From NCBI GenBank assembly GCA_963674755.2, contig CAXXVS010000002.1, forward strand, positions 1,376,001-1,440,000: a stretch of DNA of 64,000 nucleotides, given 5' to 3'. The position numbers and the translations under genes are program-made. This DNA comes from Desulfobacterales bacterium. Its GTDB lineage: Bacteria > Desulfobacterota > Desulfobacteria > Desulfobacterales > UBA5852. Below, piece by piece: positions 17,290 to 28,160 of the stretch; the stretch's first letter is position 1; each line of letters begins with the position of its first letter. The notes under the pieces are model-generated. The model saw only the letters and a list, made by a program, of their open reading frames with translations, did no database searches and was not told the DNA's origin.

Positions 17290-19644
17290 ATGGTGCACCT
17301 TTTCCGGCAACTGCGCAACACCCTGGTGTTCAAACTCGTCCTGGCGGTGGGTCTGACCCTTCTGGTGAGCATTGCGGTCTGGGCCTATTTCAACATCCGC
17401 TACGAGAACACCAAGCTCACCCAGCACATTCTCAGTGAAACCGCCCGCTTCGGCAACACGATCAAGCTGGGCACCCACTATGCCATGATGACCAACGCCC
17501 GGGACGACATCAACCAGATCATCCTCAACATCGCCCGCCAGGAAGATATCGAAACGATCCGTATCTACAACAAAGCCGGCCAGATCAAATATTCCAATCG
17601 GCCGGAGGAGGTCGACCGGATCACCAATATCAAGGCCGAAGCCTGCGACGTCTGTCACCGCTGGGATCCGCCCCTGGAAACCCTGGCTCCCGAACAGGGG
17701 ACCCGCTTTTTTACCGGCCCGTCCGGCCAGCGGGTCATCGGGGTCATTACGCCCATCCTCAACGAACCGGGATGTTCGGAAGCCTGCCACTTCCATCCCG
17801 TCGGCAAAAAGGTCCTGGGGGCGCTGGACGTGGTCTTGTCCCTGGGAAAGGCCCAGGCCGAAATGCAGCGTTTCAAACGCGGCATTCTTCTGCTGGGGGC
17901 CTTTGTCTTTCTGGTCACCTCGGCCATCATCATGGTGGTGATGCTGCGCTTCGTCAATCGGCCCATCCGCCACCTGATCGACGAAACCCGCCTCATCGCC
18001 GAAGGCGATTACATCACCAAAGTTCCGGTGGACGGCGAGGACGAGATCAACCAGCTGGCCATGGCGGTCAACCGCATGGGGGATGAAATCGCCCGCAGTC
18101 AGGCGGATCTGCGCCGGCAGCGCAACGAGTACCAGAACCTCTTTGAGAACGTCCCCTGCGAAATCGCCGTGCTCGACCGGGAGTTCCGTCTGGTGAACTT
18201 CAACCGCAACTATGCCGCCAAATTCAATCCGGCTCCCGGGGATTATTGTTACAAGGCTTACAAAGGGCGCGAAACGAAATGCGAAAAGTGCCTGGTGGAA
18301 AAGACCTTCCAGGGCGCCGGGCCCCAACTGGGTGAGGAAACGGGTTGCGACAAGGATGGCCGGCCCGCCCACTGGCTGGTGGTCACCTCTCCCCTGGCGG
18401 ATGATACCGGGCAGGTTACCGGCGCCATGGAAATGAACCTGGATCTAACGGACATGAAGGTCCTGGAGGACAAGCTGCGCCGCTCGGAAATGAAATACCG
18501 GGCCTTCTTCAATAACATGCCCAATCCCGTTTTCGTGCTGGACGCGGCGGACCTCACCATCCTGGATTGCAACGCCAGCGTAAAAGCCGTGTATGCGTAT
18601 GAAAAATATGATATACTGGGCACATCGTTTCTCAATTTTTTCGTGGACGAGGAACAACAGGCTTTTGCCAAGGCGATTCCCACCTTGCCCTTCTTGAGCC
18701 GAGTCCGGCAAGTCAACAAATCGGGAACCCCGCTCTTCGTCAACATCCATATCTCCCCCGCTGATGACGAAGGCCGCAAGGTATTCCTCGTAACCACCAG
18801 CGATATCACCAAACGTCTCGAAGTCGAACAACAGCTCATACAGGCCAGCAAAATGGCAACCCTGGGAGAAATGGCGACCGGTGTGGCGCACGAATTGAAT
18901 CAACCCCTGTCGGTCATCAAAACGGCCAGCAGCTTTTTCATGAAGAAGGTTCGCAACCAAGAGCCGATCCAAGACGATATCATGCTGACCTTGACCGAGG
19001 AAATCGACAGTCACATCAACCGCGCCACCAAGATTATCAACCACATGCGCGAATTCGGGCGCAAGTCCGACATGGATATCGTCCCCGTTCAGATCAACGC
19101 GGTCATCAAGCGGGCCTTTGAAATCTTCAGCCAGCAACTTAAAGTGCGTGGCATCGATGTCCATTGGGAATTAGGGCAACATTTGCCGGCCATCGAAGCA
19201 GATCCCAGCTGTCTTGAACAGGTTTTCATCAATCTGCTGGTCAACGCGCGGGATGCCATCGAGTCGGATTGGGACGATGGTGCCGGACAGCTGCTGGAAC
19301 GGCCTTCCGACTATCCGGCCAAAGCGATTTTTATTCGCACCCGATGTCAGGACGACCACGTCATCGCAGAGGTGGAAGACAGCGGTAAGGGCATACCGGA
19401 GGGGATTCGCGACAAGATTTTCGAGCCTTTTTTCACCACCAAGGAAGTCGGCAAAGGGACTGGGCTGGGTCTTTCCATCAGCTATGGGATCGTCAAGGAC
19501 TGCCGTGGCGACATCCGGGTCGATTCCCTTCCCGGTCGGGGGGCACGGTTCATCATAAGCTTTCCCGCATCCTGCCCGGGAAATACCGGCAGCATCCTAC
19601 TGGCACGCAACCGCATGAACAATGAAGCATCAACTCCGGGATAA
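17290..19644 (+). CDS. Membrane sensor kinase: periplasmic c-heme domain-HAMP-PAS-PAS-HisKA-HATPase
   Basis: Two TM helices flanking CDVCH and [40 protein letters not shown]. Confidence 0.88.
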   Translation: MVHLFRQLRNTLVFKLVLAVGLTLLVSIAVWAYFNIRYENTKLTQHILSETARFGNTIKLGTHYAMMTNARDDINQIILNIARQEDIETIRIYNKAGQIKYSNRPEEVDRITNIKAEACDVCHRWDPPLETLAPEQGTRFFTGPSGQRVIGVITPILNEPGCSEACHFHPVGKKVLGALDVVLSLGKAQAEMQRFKRGILLLGAFVFLVTSAIIMVVMLRFVNRPIRHLIDETRLIAEGDYITKVPVDGEDEINQLAMAVNRMGDEIARSQADLRRQRNEYQNLFENVPCEIAVLDREFRLVNFNRNYAAKFNPAPGDYCYKAYKGRETKCEKCLVEKTFQGAGPQLGEETGCDKDGRPAHWLVVTSPLADDTGQVTGAMEMNLDLTDMKVLEDKLRRSEMKYRAFFNNMPNPVFVLDAADLTILDCNASVKAVYAYEKYDILGTSFLNFFVDEEQQAFAKAIPTLPFLSRVRQVNKSGTPLFVNIHISPADDEGRKVFLVTTSDITKRLEVEQQLIQASKMATLGEMATGVAHELNQPLSVIKTASSFFMKKVRNQEPIQDDIMLTLTEEIDSHINRATKIINHMREFGRKSDMDIVPVQINAVIKRAFEIFSQQLKVRGIDVHWELGQHLPAIEADPSCLEQVFINLLVNARDAIESDWDDGAGQLLERPSDYPAKAIFIRTRCQDDHVIAEVEDSGKGIPEGIRDKIFEPFFTTKEVGKGTGLGLSISYGIVKDCRGDIRVDSLPGRGARFIISFPASCPGNTGSILLARNRMNNEASTPG

Positions 19645-19648
19645 CGTC

Positions 19649-21364
19649 ATGTTTCTGCGATACGATCAGATCGGCGAAATATTCGACCTCCTGTCGCTGG
19701 GGGTCATCGTGCTATCGCCCGATCGCAAAATCGTATCACTCAATCGTACTGCCGAAACCCTAACGGGCAAACGGGCACAAGATGTCCTGGGCGAGAACTG
19801 CTTCGACATCTTTCTGGACTACCTATGCGGCGGCATATGCAAATATCAAGAAAAACCGGGGTTGGAAATCGAAACGTCCGTGTCCGAAATCGATTTCATC
19901 GCACCCAACCAGAAGCAATGCAGCCTGACCAAGATTGAATCCCCGCTTTTCGGTGCCGATCACCGCCTGCTGGGATGCATCGAGGTTTTTCAGGACCACT
20001 CCGCCTTCCGCGATCTCATCAAACGCATTCGATTCGAGGACCTTCGCCTTAAAATCATTCTGGACAATCTCGACATCGGGATTTTGACCGTCGACCGGGG
20101 CGACCATATCTCCTTTTTCAATACCATGGCGGAAAAAATTACGGGCTTTGCCCGCACCGATCTTCTGGGGAAATCATGCGCCAGGGTATTCGGCCCGCGC
20201 TTCAGCAAGGAGTTCCAGCCGCCTCCGAACCAACTGGAGGACGGCAACGGCCATTTCCGGGTCGAAACCGACCTGTCCACGCGCGAGGGTCAGCGCATCC
20301 CTGTCAGAACCAACTATGTCCCCTTGAAGAATGAGGAGGGCGAAGTGGTGGGGGGATTGACCACCATTTCCGATCTCTCCCTCCAATACCATTATAAAAG
20401 CGCCATTCGGGGGCAGTACACCTTCTATGACATGGTGGGCCGCCACCCTGAAATGCAGAAGATCTTTGAAATTATTCCGGTCATCGCGTCCAGCGATGCC
20501 ACCGTACTCATCGAAGGGCCCACCGGCACCGGTAAAGATCTGCTGGCCAAAATCATCCACAACGCCAGCGAGCGTGCGAACCGGAAAATGATCAAGGTGA
20601 ACTGCGCTTCTCTGCCCGACAATCTGCTGGAGTCGGAAATGTTCGGGTATGTCAAGGGGGCCTTTACCGGAGCCGAACGTGACAAGCCAGGCCGCTTTCA
20701 AATGGCCGACGGCGGCAGCATTTTCTTGGACGAGATTGGTGATCTGCCGCTGCCCTTGCAGGCTAAACTGCTGCGCGTCATTGAGGACCGTGAATTCTAC
20801 CCTCTCGGCAGCCGCCAAACGACCCAGGTGGATGTGCGCATTATTTCAGCCACCAACCAGAACCTGAAGCAGCTTGTGGAGGCCAAAAAATTCCGCGAAG
20901 ATCTTTACTACCGCCTCAATGTGATGCGCCTTGAGCTACCGTCCCTGAAGGAACGCAAAAGCGACCTGCCGCTGCTGATCGAACACATTCTCAAGCGCAT
21001 CTGCACCCACAAAGGCACCACCATCAACCACATCGACGAGTCGGCCATGGAGGTGCTCCTCAATTATGACTATCCCGGCAACGTCCGCGAACTCGAAAAC
21101 ATTCTTGAGCATGCCCTCATCATCTGTCGCGGCGATATGATCGAGAGAAAGCACTTTCCGCTCTGGCTTCTCAAGGATGCCCCCCAGGAACCCTCGGACG
21201 ACGGCAGCATCGGATACGTTGGGCGGGTATGGGATGAAAAGGAACGGATCATCGATGCGCTCCGTCGCTGTCGATGGAACAAAAGCCAAACAGCACGCGC
21301 TCTGAATATGGACCGCACCACCCTGTGGCGCAAGATGAAAAAATACCGGATCGGCGAAAACTGA
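19649..21364 (+). CDS. PAS-PAS sigma-54 enhancer-binding protein
   Basis: GPTGTGKD, ESEMFG..GAFTGA, FLDEIG, PGNVREL, C-terminal Fis HTH; no REC domain. Confidence 0.92.
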   Translation: MFLRYDQIGEIFDLLSLGVIVLSPDRKIVSLNRTAETLTGKRAQDVLGENCFDIFLDYLCGGICKYQEKPGLEIETSVSEIDFIAPNQKQCSLTKIESPLFGADHRLLGCIEVFQDHSAFRDLIKRIRFEDLRLKIILDNLDIGILTVDRGDHISFFNTMAEKITGFARTDLLGKSCARVFGPRFSKEFQPPPNQLEDGNGHFRVETDLSTREGQRIPVRTNYVPLKNEEGEVVGGLTTISDLSLQYHYKSAIRGQYTFYDMVGRHPEMQKIFEIIPVIASSDATVLIEGPTGTGKDLLAKIIHNASERANRKMIKVNCASLPDNLLESEMFGYVKGAFTGAERDKPGRFQMADGGSIFLDEIGDLPLPLQAKLLRVIEDREFYPLGSRQTTQVDVRIISATNQNLKQLVEAKKFREDLYYRLNVMRLELPSLKERKSDLPLLIEHILKRICTHKGTTINHIDESAMEVLLNYDYPGNVRELENILEHALIICRGDMIERKHFPLWLLKDAPQEPSDDGSIGYVGRVWDEKERIIDALRRCRWNKSQTARALNMDRTTLWRKMKKYRIGEN

Positions 21365-21408
21365 AACCGCCTGCCCCGTCTGTGGGCCCACCGGTGGGAA
21401 CGCTAACC

Positions 21409-22923
21409 ATGGCAAAGGAAAAAATACTCATCGTCGACGATGAAGAGGGTATCCGCAAAGTTCTGGGGATCTCCCTGACCGACCGGGGCTATACTGTCCT
21501 GAGGTCCGAGAACGCTGTGGAGGCCTTGCAGGTCTTTAACGCCGAGCAGCCGGATATCGTCCTGACCGACATCAAAATGCCCGGGATGGACGGCATCGAA
21601 CTCCTACGTCGTCTCAAGCGGACCAATCCCGATACGGAAGTCGTGGTCATCACCGGCCACGGCGACATGGACCTGGCCATCAGGAGTCTCAAATACGAAG
21701 CCACAGACTTTATTACCAAACCCATCGACGATGCCCATTTGGATCGGGCCCTGCAAAAATCCAGAGAACGCATCGCCCTGCGCAATCAGTTGCGGCAATA
21801 CACCGAAAACCTGGAAAGCCTTCTTCAGCAGAAATCCGAACGTCTTGCCCTACAAACGGAGAACGGTACCCAACCGAACCTGTTTGACCGTCTGCCGGGA
21901 TATGTTACCGTCCACAATGCACACTATCAGATTACCTCCGCCAACCACCGCTTTAAAGAAGACTTCGCCTTTGATCCCCCATCCGGCGCGTTTTGTTATG
22001 AAGTGGTCCGGGGACGCACCGCCCCCTGCGAAGACTGCCCGGTGGCGCTCACTTTCGCGAATGGCAAATCCCACCAATGCGAACTGACCTACAAAACCCC
22101 TTCCGGCCAGGATTGCCATCTCTTCGCCTGGACGACGCCCCTGCGGGAAACCAGCGACAAAATCGGCGCCGTGATAATGATGGCCACCGATATCTCCCCT
22201 ATTCTGGACATGCGCGACCATCTGTCCTCCCTGGGGCTGATGATCGGCTCGGTCTCCCACAGCATCAAGGGCTTGCTGACCGGCTTGGACGGCGGGGTTT
22301 ACATGCTGGACAGGGGGTTTGCCAAGGACGACGCCGATCAGATCGGAGAGGGGCTCGATATTGTCAAAATAATGGTGGGGCGCATCAAGAACATGGTCCT
22401 GGACGTCCTGTATTACGCCAAGGAACGGGACCTGGCGCTTGCTTCCTGCCGGATTTTGGACCTGGCCGAAGAAACGGCCGCTGTGGTGCGGCCACGCATC
22501 GCGTCATCGGGCATCGATCTGATCTGTGATTTCGCCGATGACCTGAACGATTTGGAATTTCAAGTCGATCCGGATCAGCTGCGGGCCGCTCTGGTCAACA
22601 TCCTCGAAAACGCGCTGGATGCCTGCCGGGAGAAGAGCGATCCGACCGGTCCGCAGATTGCCTTCCGGGTCTATCCTGAGGACCGCTACGTGGTTTTCGC
22701 CATCGCCGACAACGGGGTCGGCATAAGCGAGGAAGTTCAATCCCGCATCTTTAACCTGTTCTTTTCCTCCAAGGCCACCCAGGGGACCGGCATCGGGCTT
22801 TTCATTACCCGCAAGATCATCCGTCAGCACGGCGGCGAGATTATCGTAACCTCCCAGCCCGGTGAAGGCACCCTCTTCCTGGTCCGTATCCCCCTGGACG
22901 CTCCGCCGCCGCAAAATCCATAG
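21409..22923 (+). CDS. Hybrid kinase REC-PAS-HisKA(atypical)-HATPase
   Basis: IVDDE/LTDIKMP/TKP receiver; H-box SVSHSIKG; DNGVG, GTGIGL. Confidence 0.85.
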   Translation: MAKEKILIVDDEEGIRKVLGISLTDRGYTVLRSENAVEALQVFNAEQPDIVLTDIKMPGMDGIELLRRLKRTNPDTEVVVITGHGDMDLAIRSLKYEATDFITKPIDDAHLDRALQKSRERIALRNQLRQYTENLESLLQQKSERLALQTENGTQPNLFDRLPGYVTVHNAHYQITSANHRFKEDFAFDPPSGAFCYEVVRGRTAPCEDCPVALTFANGKSHQCELTYKTPSGQDCHLFAWTTPLRETSDKIGAVIMMATDISPILDMRDHLSSLGLMIGSVSHSIKGLLTGLDGGVYMLDRGFAKDDADQIGEGLDIVKIMVGRIKNMVLDVLYYAKERDLALASCRILDLAEETAAVVRPRIASSGIDLICDFADDLNDLEFQVDPDQLRAALVNILENALDACREKSDPTGPQIAFRVYPEDRYVVFAIADNGVGISEEVQSRIFNLFFSSKATQGTGIGLFITRKIIRQHGGEIIVTSQPGEGTLFLVRIPLDAPPPQNP

Positions 22924-23105
22924 GAAAGTGCCGTCCCGCAACGTTCCCCAGTAGCCTTCCCCCAATTCGTGGTTACTGTATTGTTAGGCCGCCAACCTTC
23001 AACACCCTATAACACGCCAACGGACGGCCCCGTGCCTCCAACGGTCATTTTTAAACACTGGAATGGTGTGGCGGCCACCCCATTTTCCTGCCTTTTGACA
23101 CCGTT

Positions 23106-23402
23106 TTACATCGTCAGATACCTAAAGATGAAAGTGCCGTCGTTGATGTCGATGGTCAGGTTGGCGCCCCGGGCGTCGGCGAACACCTGCCAGGGCGGAC
23201 GGTCTTTGGAGCCGCAGTCATAATCCGGGAAGCCCTGTCCGGTTTGGCCGTTGTACCAGGCCAACTGCATGGCATTGCGGTTGATTTCGAGGGCCTTGTT
23301 CTTGGCCCGGTCCCGGGCCGTGTTGAAATCCAGATCGGGATCGTCAATCGTCAGCTTTATGGTTTCATGGGCGGTTTCGCCCGGTTTGGTGTGGATCTCC
23401 AT
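23106..23402 (-). CDS. AF1514-like small protein
   Basis: LDFNTA..AMQLAWYN..PDYDC..PPWQVFA..GANLTIDIND..FIF pattern resembles the AF1514 family (from recall). Confidence 0.6.
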   Translation of the reverse strand: MEIHTKPGETAHETIKLTIDDPDLDFNTARDRAKNKALEINRNAMQLAWYNGQTGQGFPDYDCGSKDRPPWQVFADARGANLTIDINDGTFIFRYLTM

Positions 23403-23583
23403 TTTTGTCATCCTTTCCGGAAGGCGCAACATCGGTTTGGGCCGCCGTCTGGTGGACACCGGCGACCGTTGCGAGGATAGGATAAGGACGTCGGCCACGC
23501 CTGGCAAATTTTCGCTGCCGATCAAAGCGCGTATAGACCGTGCCGAATCGAGCCGGCGGTCGCACGCCCTTGTGGAAGGCGCC

Positions 23584-24317
23584 TCACGCCGCGGTGGTGG
23601 AAAGGTGTCGCGCGATTTTCTGGCGCACCATTTCCGCGGTCTCCTCCACGCTCAGCCGGGCAAACTGTCCATAGGGGATCTCTTCCAAAACCTCGACCCG
23701 GATGGCGTGCCGACCGTGGAAATTGAGACTGTGTTTGGGCAGGGCATTCCTGGTGCCGCTGATGGCCACGGCCAGGATCGGCAGCTTCATTTGATGGGCC
23801 AGGATAAAGGCACCCGGCTTGAACGGTTTCAATTGCCCGGTCCTGGAACGGGTGCCTTCGGGGAAAAAGAACAGCGAGCATTTCCGGGCAAGGGCTTTTT
23901 GGCAGGCCGCCATCATCTGGCGGATGCTTTCCTTGTCCCCCCGTTTGAGCCCGATATAGCGGTTGAGGACCATATTCCAGCCGATGAAGGGCAGACGGAA
24001 CACCTCGGCCTTGGACACCCATTTGAAGGGGAAAAACAGACGGAAAGCCACCAGGATGTCAAGCTGGCTCTGGTGGTTGGAAACCACGATATAGGTCGCA
24101 GCGCGCCGGATTTTTTCGCGCCCGGCCGCAGTCACGGACCAGGCCGGCATAACCCACAGGTAAAGGCAGGCCCAGAAGGAGGTGAACAAATGCAGTCCGA
24201 CCAACCGCCGGTCGAAGGGCGTTGTCAGCAGCCAGATGATCAGGGCCAGGACAAAAAAAAAGCGGAGGATACTGCCATGAAGGCCAGAAACAGGATGGAA
24301 ATCAGTCGATTGGTCAT
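23584..24317 (-). pseudogene. 1-acyl-sn-glycerol-3-phosphate acyltransferase, frameshifted at a T9 run (real or sequencing error)
   Basis: NHQSQLD and FPEGTRS motifs; the N-terminal MTNRLISILFLAFMAVSSAFF joins the main frame only if the A9 run at 24253-24261 is A10. Confidence 0.7.
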
Positions 24318-24482
24318 GGGCAGTCGCTGGGTATGGGTCGAAACGGTTCCGTAAGACGGCGATTCATATGTCCGCCGCATCACAAGCAATGGTCAGGTCA
24401 GTCTCTATTGAATTTGACAGCGACTGTCAATGCCCGATGGCGGCAAACCATTGCGATTGCCATCCGTTCATGGGTACCGCAT

Positions 24483-24770
24483 TTATTGCCCGCAGCATTT
24501 TTTATACTTTTTACCGCTGCCGCAGGGGCAGAGGTCGTTGCGGCCCACCTTATCCTCGGCAACCCTGGTTTTGACGGGGTTCTGCAACATTTCCAGATCG
24601 GTGAGATTCTCGGGTTTGTCGGGCGCCAGCTCGATTTCGCAATCCCAGCCATGGGCTTCGCACTTGGTGCGCATTTCTTCGCGCTTTTTTTCGGTTTGCA
24701 CGGAAATTTTGGCCGGGTTCTTTTCGGTGCCCAAGCGCGCCTTCTTTTTGCCGTCAAATATTTTTTCCAT
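24483..24770 (-). CDS. SEC-C motif protein
   Basis: C-terminal [18 protein letters not shown]. Confidence 0.85.
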   Translation of the reverse strand: MEKIFDGKKKARLGTEKNPAKISVQTEKKREEMRTKCEAHGWDCEIELAPDKPENLTDLEMLQNPVKTRVAEDKVGRNDLCPCGSGKKYKKCCGQ

Positions 24771-24912
24771 TGGTCATCCCTGTGTTTTGATTTGGCTTTC
24801 CTGGTGGTCGGCCGCCGCACCGCACTCGGCCATGAAACAGCGGGTGGTCGCGAAGGGCACCCATCGTGCCGTCACCGTCCCCTCCGGGACGTTCCTGATC
24901 CGCGAATGGAGA

Positions 24913-25605
24913 TTAAGCCTTATTGTCCAGATATTCAAGGATGTCGTTCATCAGGCCGTTAATGGTGAGATATCGCTCGGGGGGGGCCGACAAGATTTCC
25001 TGCTCGGTCTGGATATACGCACCGTCGGTCAATTCATCCCGGCAATGGGTCACGATCGCCTGCGCTGAATCCGGCGTTGTTTCAAGGTGGAACTGAAGCC
25101 CGATCACATGGTTACCGATCTGAAAGGCCTGGTTCTGACATCCGGTGCTTTGGGCAAGTTGGACCGCCTGGGGCGGCAAGTCGAAGGTCTCACCATGCCA
25201 ATGGAACACGGTTGTCTCTTCCGGAAATTTGAAGGACGCTTCGTTGGATGACGCTACCGCCTGGACCGGAAACCAGCCGATTTCCTTGACCGCATTGGGA
25301 AATACCTTGGCTCCCATTGCACTGGCGATAAGCTGGGCCCCCAGGCAAATCCCCAAGGTGGGTGTTCCTGACGCGACAACGCTTCGTATGAAGGCCTTTT
25401 CGTCAACGAGCCAAGGGTATTCAAGTTCATCATTGACACTCATGGGGCCGCCCATGACCACCAGGAGATCAATCTCGTCAACCTCGGGCAACGCTTCAGA
25501 CAGATGGAACCGGGTGCTGGTGATGTCGTAACCGGCCGTTTGCAGCCATGTTTCGATACTGCCCAGGCCTTCAAACGGAACATGCTGTAAATAGTGGGCG
25601 CGCAT
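24913..25605 (-). CDS. Class I glutamine amidotransferase
   Basis: QHVPFE, GGPMS, GICLGAQL, HWHGETF, QFHLE. Confidence 0.9.
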   Translation of the reverse strand: MRAHYLQHVPFEGLGSIETWLQTAGYDITSTRFHLSEALPEVDEIDLLVVMGGPMSVNDELEYPWLVDEKAFIRSVVASGTPTLGICLGAQLIASAMGAKVFPNAVKEIGWFPVQAVASSNEASFKFPEETTVFHWHGETFDLPPQAVQLAQSTGCQNQAFQIGNHVIGLQFHLETTPDSAQAIVTHCRDELTDGAYIQTEQEILSAPPERYLTINGLMNDILEYLDNKA

Positions 25606-25615
25606 TTCTTCTCCT

Positions 25616-25745
25616 TTATTTCAAACACAAAACCGCTCCTGCAATTTCGAGTGGCGCTTCCCGGGGAAGATGATGACCGGCACCGGGAATCACCCGGCGC
25701 TCATACCGGCCGGTGGAAAAACGATGGTGATCCGCCGCCCCCCTA
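25616..25745 (-). pseudogene. Possible C-terminal remnant of an alpha/beta hydrolase
   Basis: FSTGRYERRVIPGAGHHLPREAPLEIAGAVL* resembles the catalytic-His C-terminus of epoxide-hydrolase-like proteins; no N-terminus. Confidence 0.45.
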
Positions 25746-26729
25746 TCAATAAGGGCCGCGGATTTGACTGTGAATGCTACGTCGGTACATATCGGCCAGC
25801 ACCTGGTGGAGCGCAGGGGGCAGCGCCGGGATCTCCGAAACCGCGGCATTTTCCCTTACCTGTTCCGGAGAGCTGGCCCCCGGGATGACCACCGAGACGG
25901 CATCGTGGTCGATGATCCAGCGCAGCGCCAACTGAGCCATGGACATCCCGCCCGGCCGGACCTCTTTGATCATGTCTGCCAATGCGACACCCGTTTCGAA
26001 GGGCAGGCCGGCAAAGGTTTCTCCCACGTTAAAGAACCGGCCGTCGCGGTTGTAATGGCGGTGGTCCGTTATTACGAACGTCGTGTCTTTGGTGAATTTC
26101 CCGCTGAGCAGACCGCTGGCCAGGGGCAGGCGCACGATGATGCCAATCCCCCTGGCCTTGGCCTTGGGAAGCAGCTCCGAAGCGATTTTCTGGCGGAAGA
26201 TATTGAAGATGACCTGCAGGGAAAACAGCTCCTCTTGTTCCATGCAGAGCAGGCCTTCCGCGATCGATTCCACACTGGCACCAAATTCTTTGATCAGACC
26301 GTCCTGTCTGAGTTTTCGCAACCAGTCGAAGACCTCGCCTTTCCGCAAAACCTCCGGCGGGATGCAGTGCAGCTGCAGAAGATCAAGCCGTTCGACGTGG
26401 AGTCTTTTGAGCGACGCCTCGACCGAGCGGCGCATGATGTCTTCCGAATACTTATCCGGATAAACATCATCCCCACGGCCGAACTTGGTCGCTACCGTTA
26501 CAGGGCTTGAACACGTTTTGAGAAATCGTCCAATCAGGGCCTCGCTCCGGCCGGCCCCATACACATTGGCGGTGTCGAAGAAGTTGACGCCGTTTTCAAC
26601 GGCCGTTGCCATAATGGCAAGCGCGGTCTCTTCCGGCATATCCCCGAAATCGCCACCGAACTGCCAGCAGCCCAGACCGACCTCGCCAATGCGGTAGCCG
26701 TCTTTACCCATTTGTCGTAGTTTCATCAT
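25746..26729 (-). CDS. Aldo/keto reductase
   Basis: GLGCW, FDTANVYG, ATKFG, DLLQLH, PLASGLL, VIPGA. Confidence 0.92.
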   Translation of the reverse strand: MMKLRQMGKDGYRIGEVGLGCWQFGGDFGDMPEETALAIMATAVENGVNFFDTANVYGAGRSEALIGRFLKTCSSPVTVATKFGRGDDVYPDKYSEDIMRRSVEASLKRLHVERLDLLQLHCIPPEVLRKGEVFDWLRKLRQDGLIKEFGASVESIAEGLLCMEQEELFSLQVIFNIFRQKIASELLPKAKARGIGIIVRLPLASGLLSGKFTKDTTFVITDHRHYNRDGRFFNVGETFAGLPFETGVALADMIKEVRPGGMSMAQLALRWIIDHDAVSVVIPGASSPEQVRENAAVSEIPALPPALHQVLADMYRRSIHSQIRGPY

Positions 26730-26798
26730 CACCCCTCTATTGTTCATCGGCCGAAGCCACGCCAGGTAATTTATTATCAGGCTTCCATAAGCCTCATA

Positions 26799-27395
26799 TT
26801 AATCGAACAATTTAGCCAACTCGGAGTCGATTCTGCTTTTTATCCGGGTTATTCTCTCGTTATTCACCGTTTCGCATTTATAGAACGACAAGTATCGCAA
26901 GCGGCAGTTGCGGGCGCATGCCCCCAACAACGCGAACCGCAATATCCGTTTGATGGGCCGCCACAGGACAAGGTAATCCACCCACCAGGGCGCGCCAAGG
27001 GTCGTTACGACAACAGCTTTCCGTAAGCCATCGAGTCTGGGGCGAATGGGGCCCAAATCACTGGCATGATCGTACGCGACGCCTGGTACCCATATCCTGT
27101 CGAACCAGCCCTTCAGGATGGCCGGAAAGCCAAACCACCACGTCGGAAACACCATGACCAGCGCCTCGGCCTTCTCAAGCCGCCGGACCTCATGGGCAAC
27201 GCCTGTCGCATCATAGTGATCCGCGTAATACCGTCTTCTTTCACTGTCGGATAAAACGGGATCGAATTGCGTTGCGTATAAATTCTCAACGACTATCGTA
27301 TGGCCGAAGCTTTCAAGTCTGCGGATAATGTGATCGGCCAGGGCCGTGCACAGGCTGTTTTCCAGGGGATGGGCGGTAACCACAAGGATATTCAT
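26799..27395 (-). CDS. Flavodoxin-2-fold NAD(P)H dehydrogenase (quinone)
   Basis: VVTAHP..S, FPTWWFGFPAILKGWFDR. Confidence 0.88.
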   Translation of the reverse strand: MNILVVTAHPLENSLCTALADHIIRRLESFGHTIVVENLYATQFDPVLSDSERRRYYADHYDATGVAHEVRRLEKAEALVMVFPTWWFGFPAILKGWFDRIWVPGVAYDHASDLGPIRPRLDGLRKAVVVTTLGAPWWVDYLVLWRPIKRILRFALLGACARNCRLRYLSFYKCETVNNERITRIKSRIDSELAKLFD

Positions 27396-27436
27396 AGAAG
27401 CCATTGCCATGCATATCATCAGGGATAATCGATGAA

Positions 27437-28114
27437 TCACTCGATGATCTTATACTTCTTTCGCGCTTCATCTTTGCGCATCCCATTGAAATGCCACCAT
27501 TCGTAACTCAATGGGATAAAGCCGGCTTGCTGCATCACTTGCGACAACAACGCACGGTTTTCTTTCTGGGCCGCGTTGAGATCGAACAATTTCAGTTTGG
27601 CATATCCCCAGTAAATCGACAAATCGCTTTTGTAAAACGGCGTAAATCCCATATCGATTTCGTTGCCATCGCCATCGACGATGGTGACATCGACCGCAAT
27701 ACCATAATTGTGCATGGAACCCTTTTGGGGGCCGGCTACGAATTTTTCGAACCGGGTGCCTTTCATCTTATCGTACATGCGCCGGGAAATGCTCCTCGGG
27801 CGGGCGGCGTCCATGATTAGAATGGAATAGGAAGGGAACACCGTCTTGATATGTTTCTGCGCTTTTGACAACTTTTGCGCAACTTCCCTTCGAAGGTACG
27901 CCTTATTGAGCCCGCCATAAAAATCCTCCCGGAAATAATTCTTATCCGGATCGGAGTTTACAAGATCGACGTTTATGGATTTGTCGACGGTTTGCACGTC
28001 AATAAGCCCTGCTTCAACAAACTTCTTTTCAATATCATTGGCCTGGCAATAGGGGCTTGCCAACAATATAAGTAAAACGCTTATTATTATCAAATAGTAT
28101 TCAGTAATTTGCAT
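27437..28114 (-). CDS. Exported D-Ala-D-Ala dipeptidase (M15D, VanX/DdpX family)
   Basis: Signal peptide; DAARP, SMHNYGIAVD, EWWHF. Confidence 0.88.
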   Translation of the reverse strand: MQITEYYLIIISVLLILLASPYCQANDIEKKFVEAGLIDVQTVDKSINVDLVNSDPDKNYFREDFYGGLNKAYLRREVAQKLSKAQKHIKTVFPSYSILIMDAARPRSISRRMYDKMKGTRFEKFVAGPQKGSMHNYGIAVDVTIVDGDGNEIDMGFTPFYKSDLSIYWGYAKLKLFDLNAAQKENRALLSQVMQQAGFIPLSYEWWHFNGMRKDEARKKYKIIE

Positions 28115-28160
28115 GGCGCGTTATAACCTGTGATCTCCCAATGGACGGTGCTCAGCGGAG

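Noticed and set aside
19601..19615. TGGCACGCAACCGC as a sigma-54 promoter for the EBP gene (similarly 4186 and 364)
   Set aside because: GG-GC spacing is 9 or 12 nt rather than the required 10
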